64,000 nt of DNA, taken from assembly GCA_965153455.1 (NCBI GenBank), contig OZ234493.1, positions 24,604,213-24,668,212 of the forward strand, given 5' to 3'. Origin of the DNA: Sphagnum compactum (lineage: Eukaryota). The position numbers and the translations under genes were made by a program. A model generated the notes under the pieces. That model ran no database searches, was not told where the DNA came from, and worked only from the letters and a program-made list of their open reading frames with translations. Positions 63,047 to 64,000 of the stretch are shown here, one piece after another. Position 1 is the stretch's first letter; the number at the start of each line of letters is the position of its first letter.

Positions 63047-64000
63047 CTAGTGGGTACTCGTGACCTTTGGACATTGTGACATATGACATCAGTTTCTCTT
63101 CTATTAACAATATTACGAACTCTATACATAACAAAACAACATAATTCAAAATGTTTATTTTTTAAAAAAGGTGTAATTTGCAAGTCTAAGTTCAAATAAT
63201 TTGATGAAAATTTCAACAAACCTTGTCATACTTGCAACATAAAAAAATTAAAAAATAAACTCATGAACATGTGTGAAAACTAAATCTTTAAAAATAAATA
63301 TATTGATTATTCGATAGTTACTTGCTGAACCCAATCACAGCCTATGATATATCATCCCTCCCCCAAATTACACATACCCACTAAAGCGCCCCCAACATAC
63401 AACCCAAGGAGAACGACCGGACGGCAGTGACCTTCGGGCACTGTGAAGTCCCCCGATTTCTTTAAACTTGGTTCATGTTAGTTTTTTCTAGAAACTTTAA
63501 AAAAAAATTTTTTTTTTATGTGTTTTCTGTTTTTATTATTATTTTGTATAATAAAAATAAAGAGTTTCTTTTTCACTTTTATATTTTTGTTTATTTGGAT
63601 GCAAGTTTGAAGTTTAGAGAAAGAAGACACACCTCATTCTTTTTCAAGCAGGGTTTTTCTTCATTATTATAAGTTTTATTTTTTCTTATTTTTTACTCTT
63701 GATTTGGTTTCTTCATTTTTGTAAAATTTTTTCTTTTAAAATTATTTTACTGTATTTCCCTTTCCTTGTTTCATTTGTTTCCATCCTTTTTTATAGTTTT
63801 TGAGTTTTTACTTTTTTTTTTATGTTTGTTTCATGCTTTAATTTTTTCTATTCTTATTTTGTCTATCTCCATTTTTTTTTAAAATTATGCATTTATTTAT
63901 TTATTTATTTTGTTTCTATTTTCTTTTTCAAAAAGATTCTAGTTTTTTTAATATGTTTTGTAATGAAAATAATTTTTAAAAACTTTTGTATTTTTGTTTG
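63047..64000 (-). mobile_element. Third Helitron of the same family, in inverted orientation, running off the right edge
   Basis: Minus-strand 3' end ...ATGTCCAAAGGTCACGAGTACCCACTAG|T, with CTAG at 63047-63050. 63428-63830 is a reverse-complement copy of the unit-2 3' region (about 62001-62374). Confidence 0.72.

Overview
Eukaryotic, AT-rich, intron-containing land-plant DNA. It is bryophyte-like and possibly Sphagnum; this is inferred from gene and repeat content, not proven. Hand-built GT-AG models give three apparently intact minus-strand genes: an 8-exon GH28 polygalacturonase (22929-26150), an 8-exon F-box/LRR protein (36056-39886) and a 2-exon C-terminal TPR protein (53083-55111). There is also a probable last exon of an unidentified gene (1-102) and a candidate 2-exon orphan membrane protein (8050-8613). 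Two pseudogenes are present: a frameshifted, truncated pyroglutamyl peptidase I (2993-3314) and a decayed O-fucosyltransferase-like sequence (about 21090-22430) with a 5x116-bp internal array. The intergenic space is mostly transposon debris: LINE, CACTA and MULE remnants, three MITEs, a solo LTR with a nested MITE, and a cluster of non-autonomous Helitrons (57832-64000), one carrying gene-like cargo. The most unusual items are a GC-rich palindrome mosaic with a perfect 22-bp hairpin and 21-nt periodicity (7318-7890), the head-to-tail Helitron junction with cargo, and the repeat-expanded glycosyltransferase pseudogene. I found no prokaryote-type system such as CRISPR or an operon, and no novel system is demonstrated from sequence alone.
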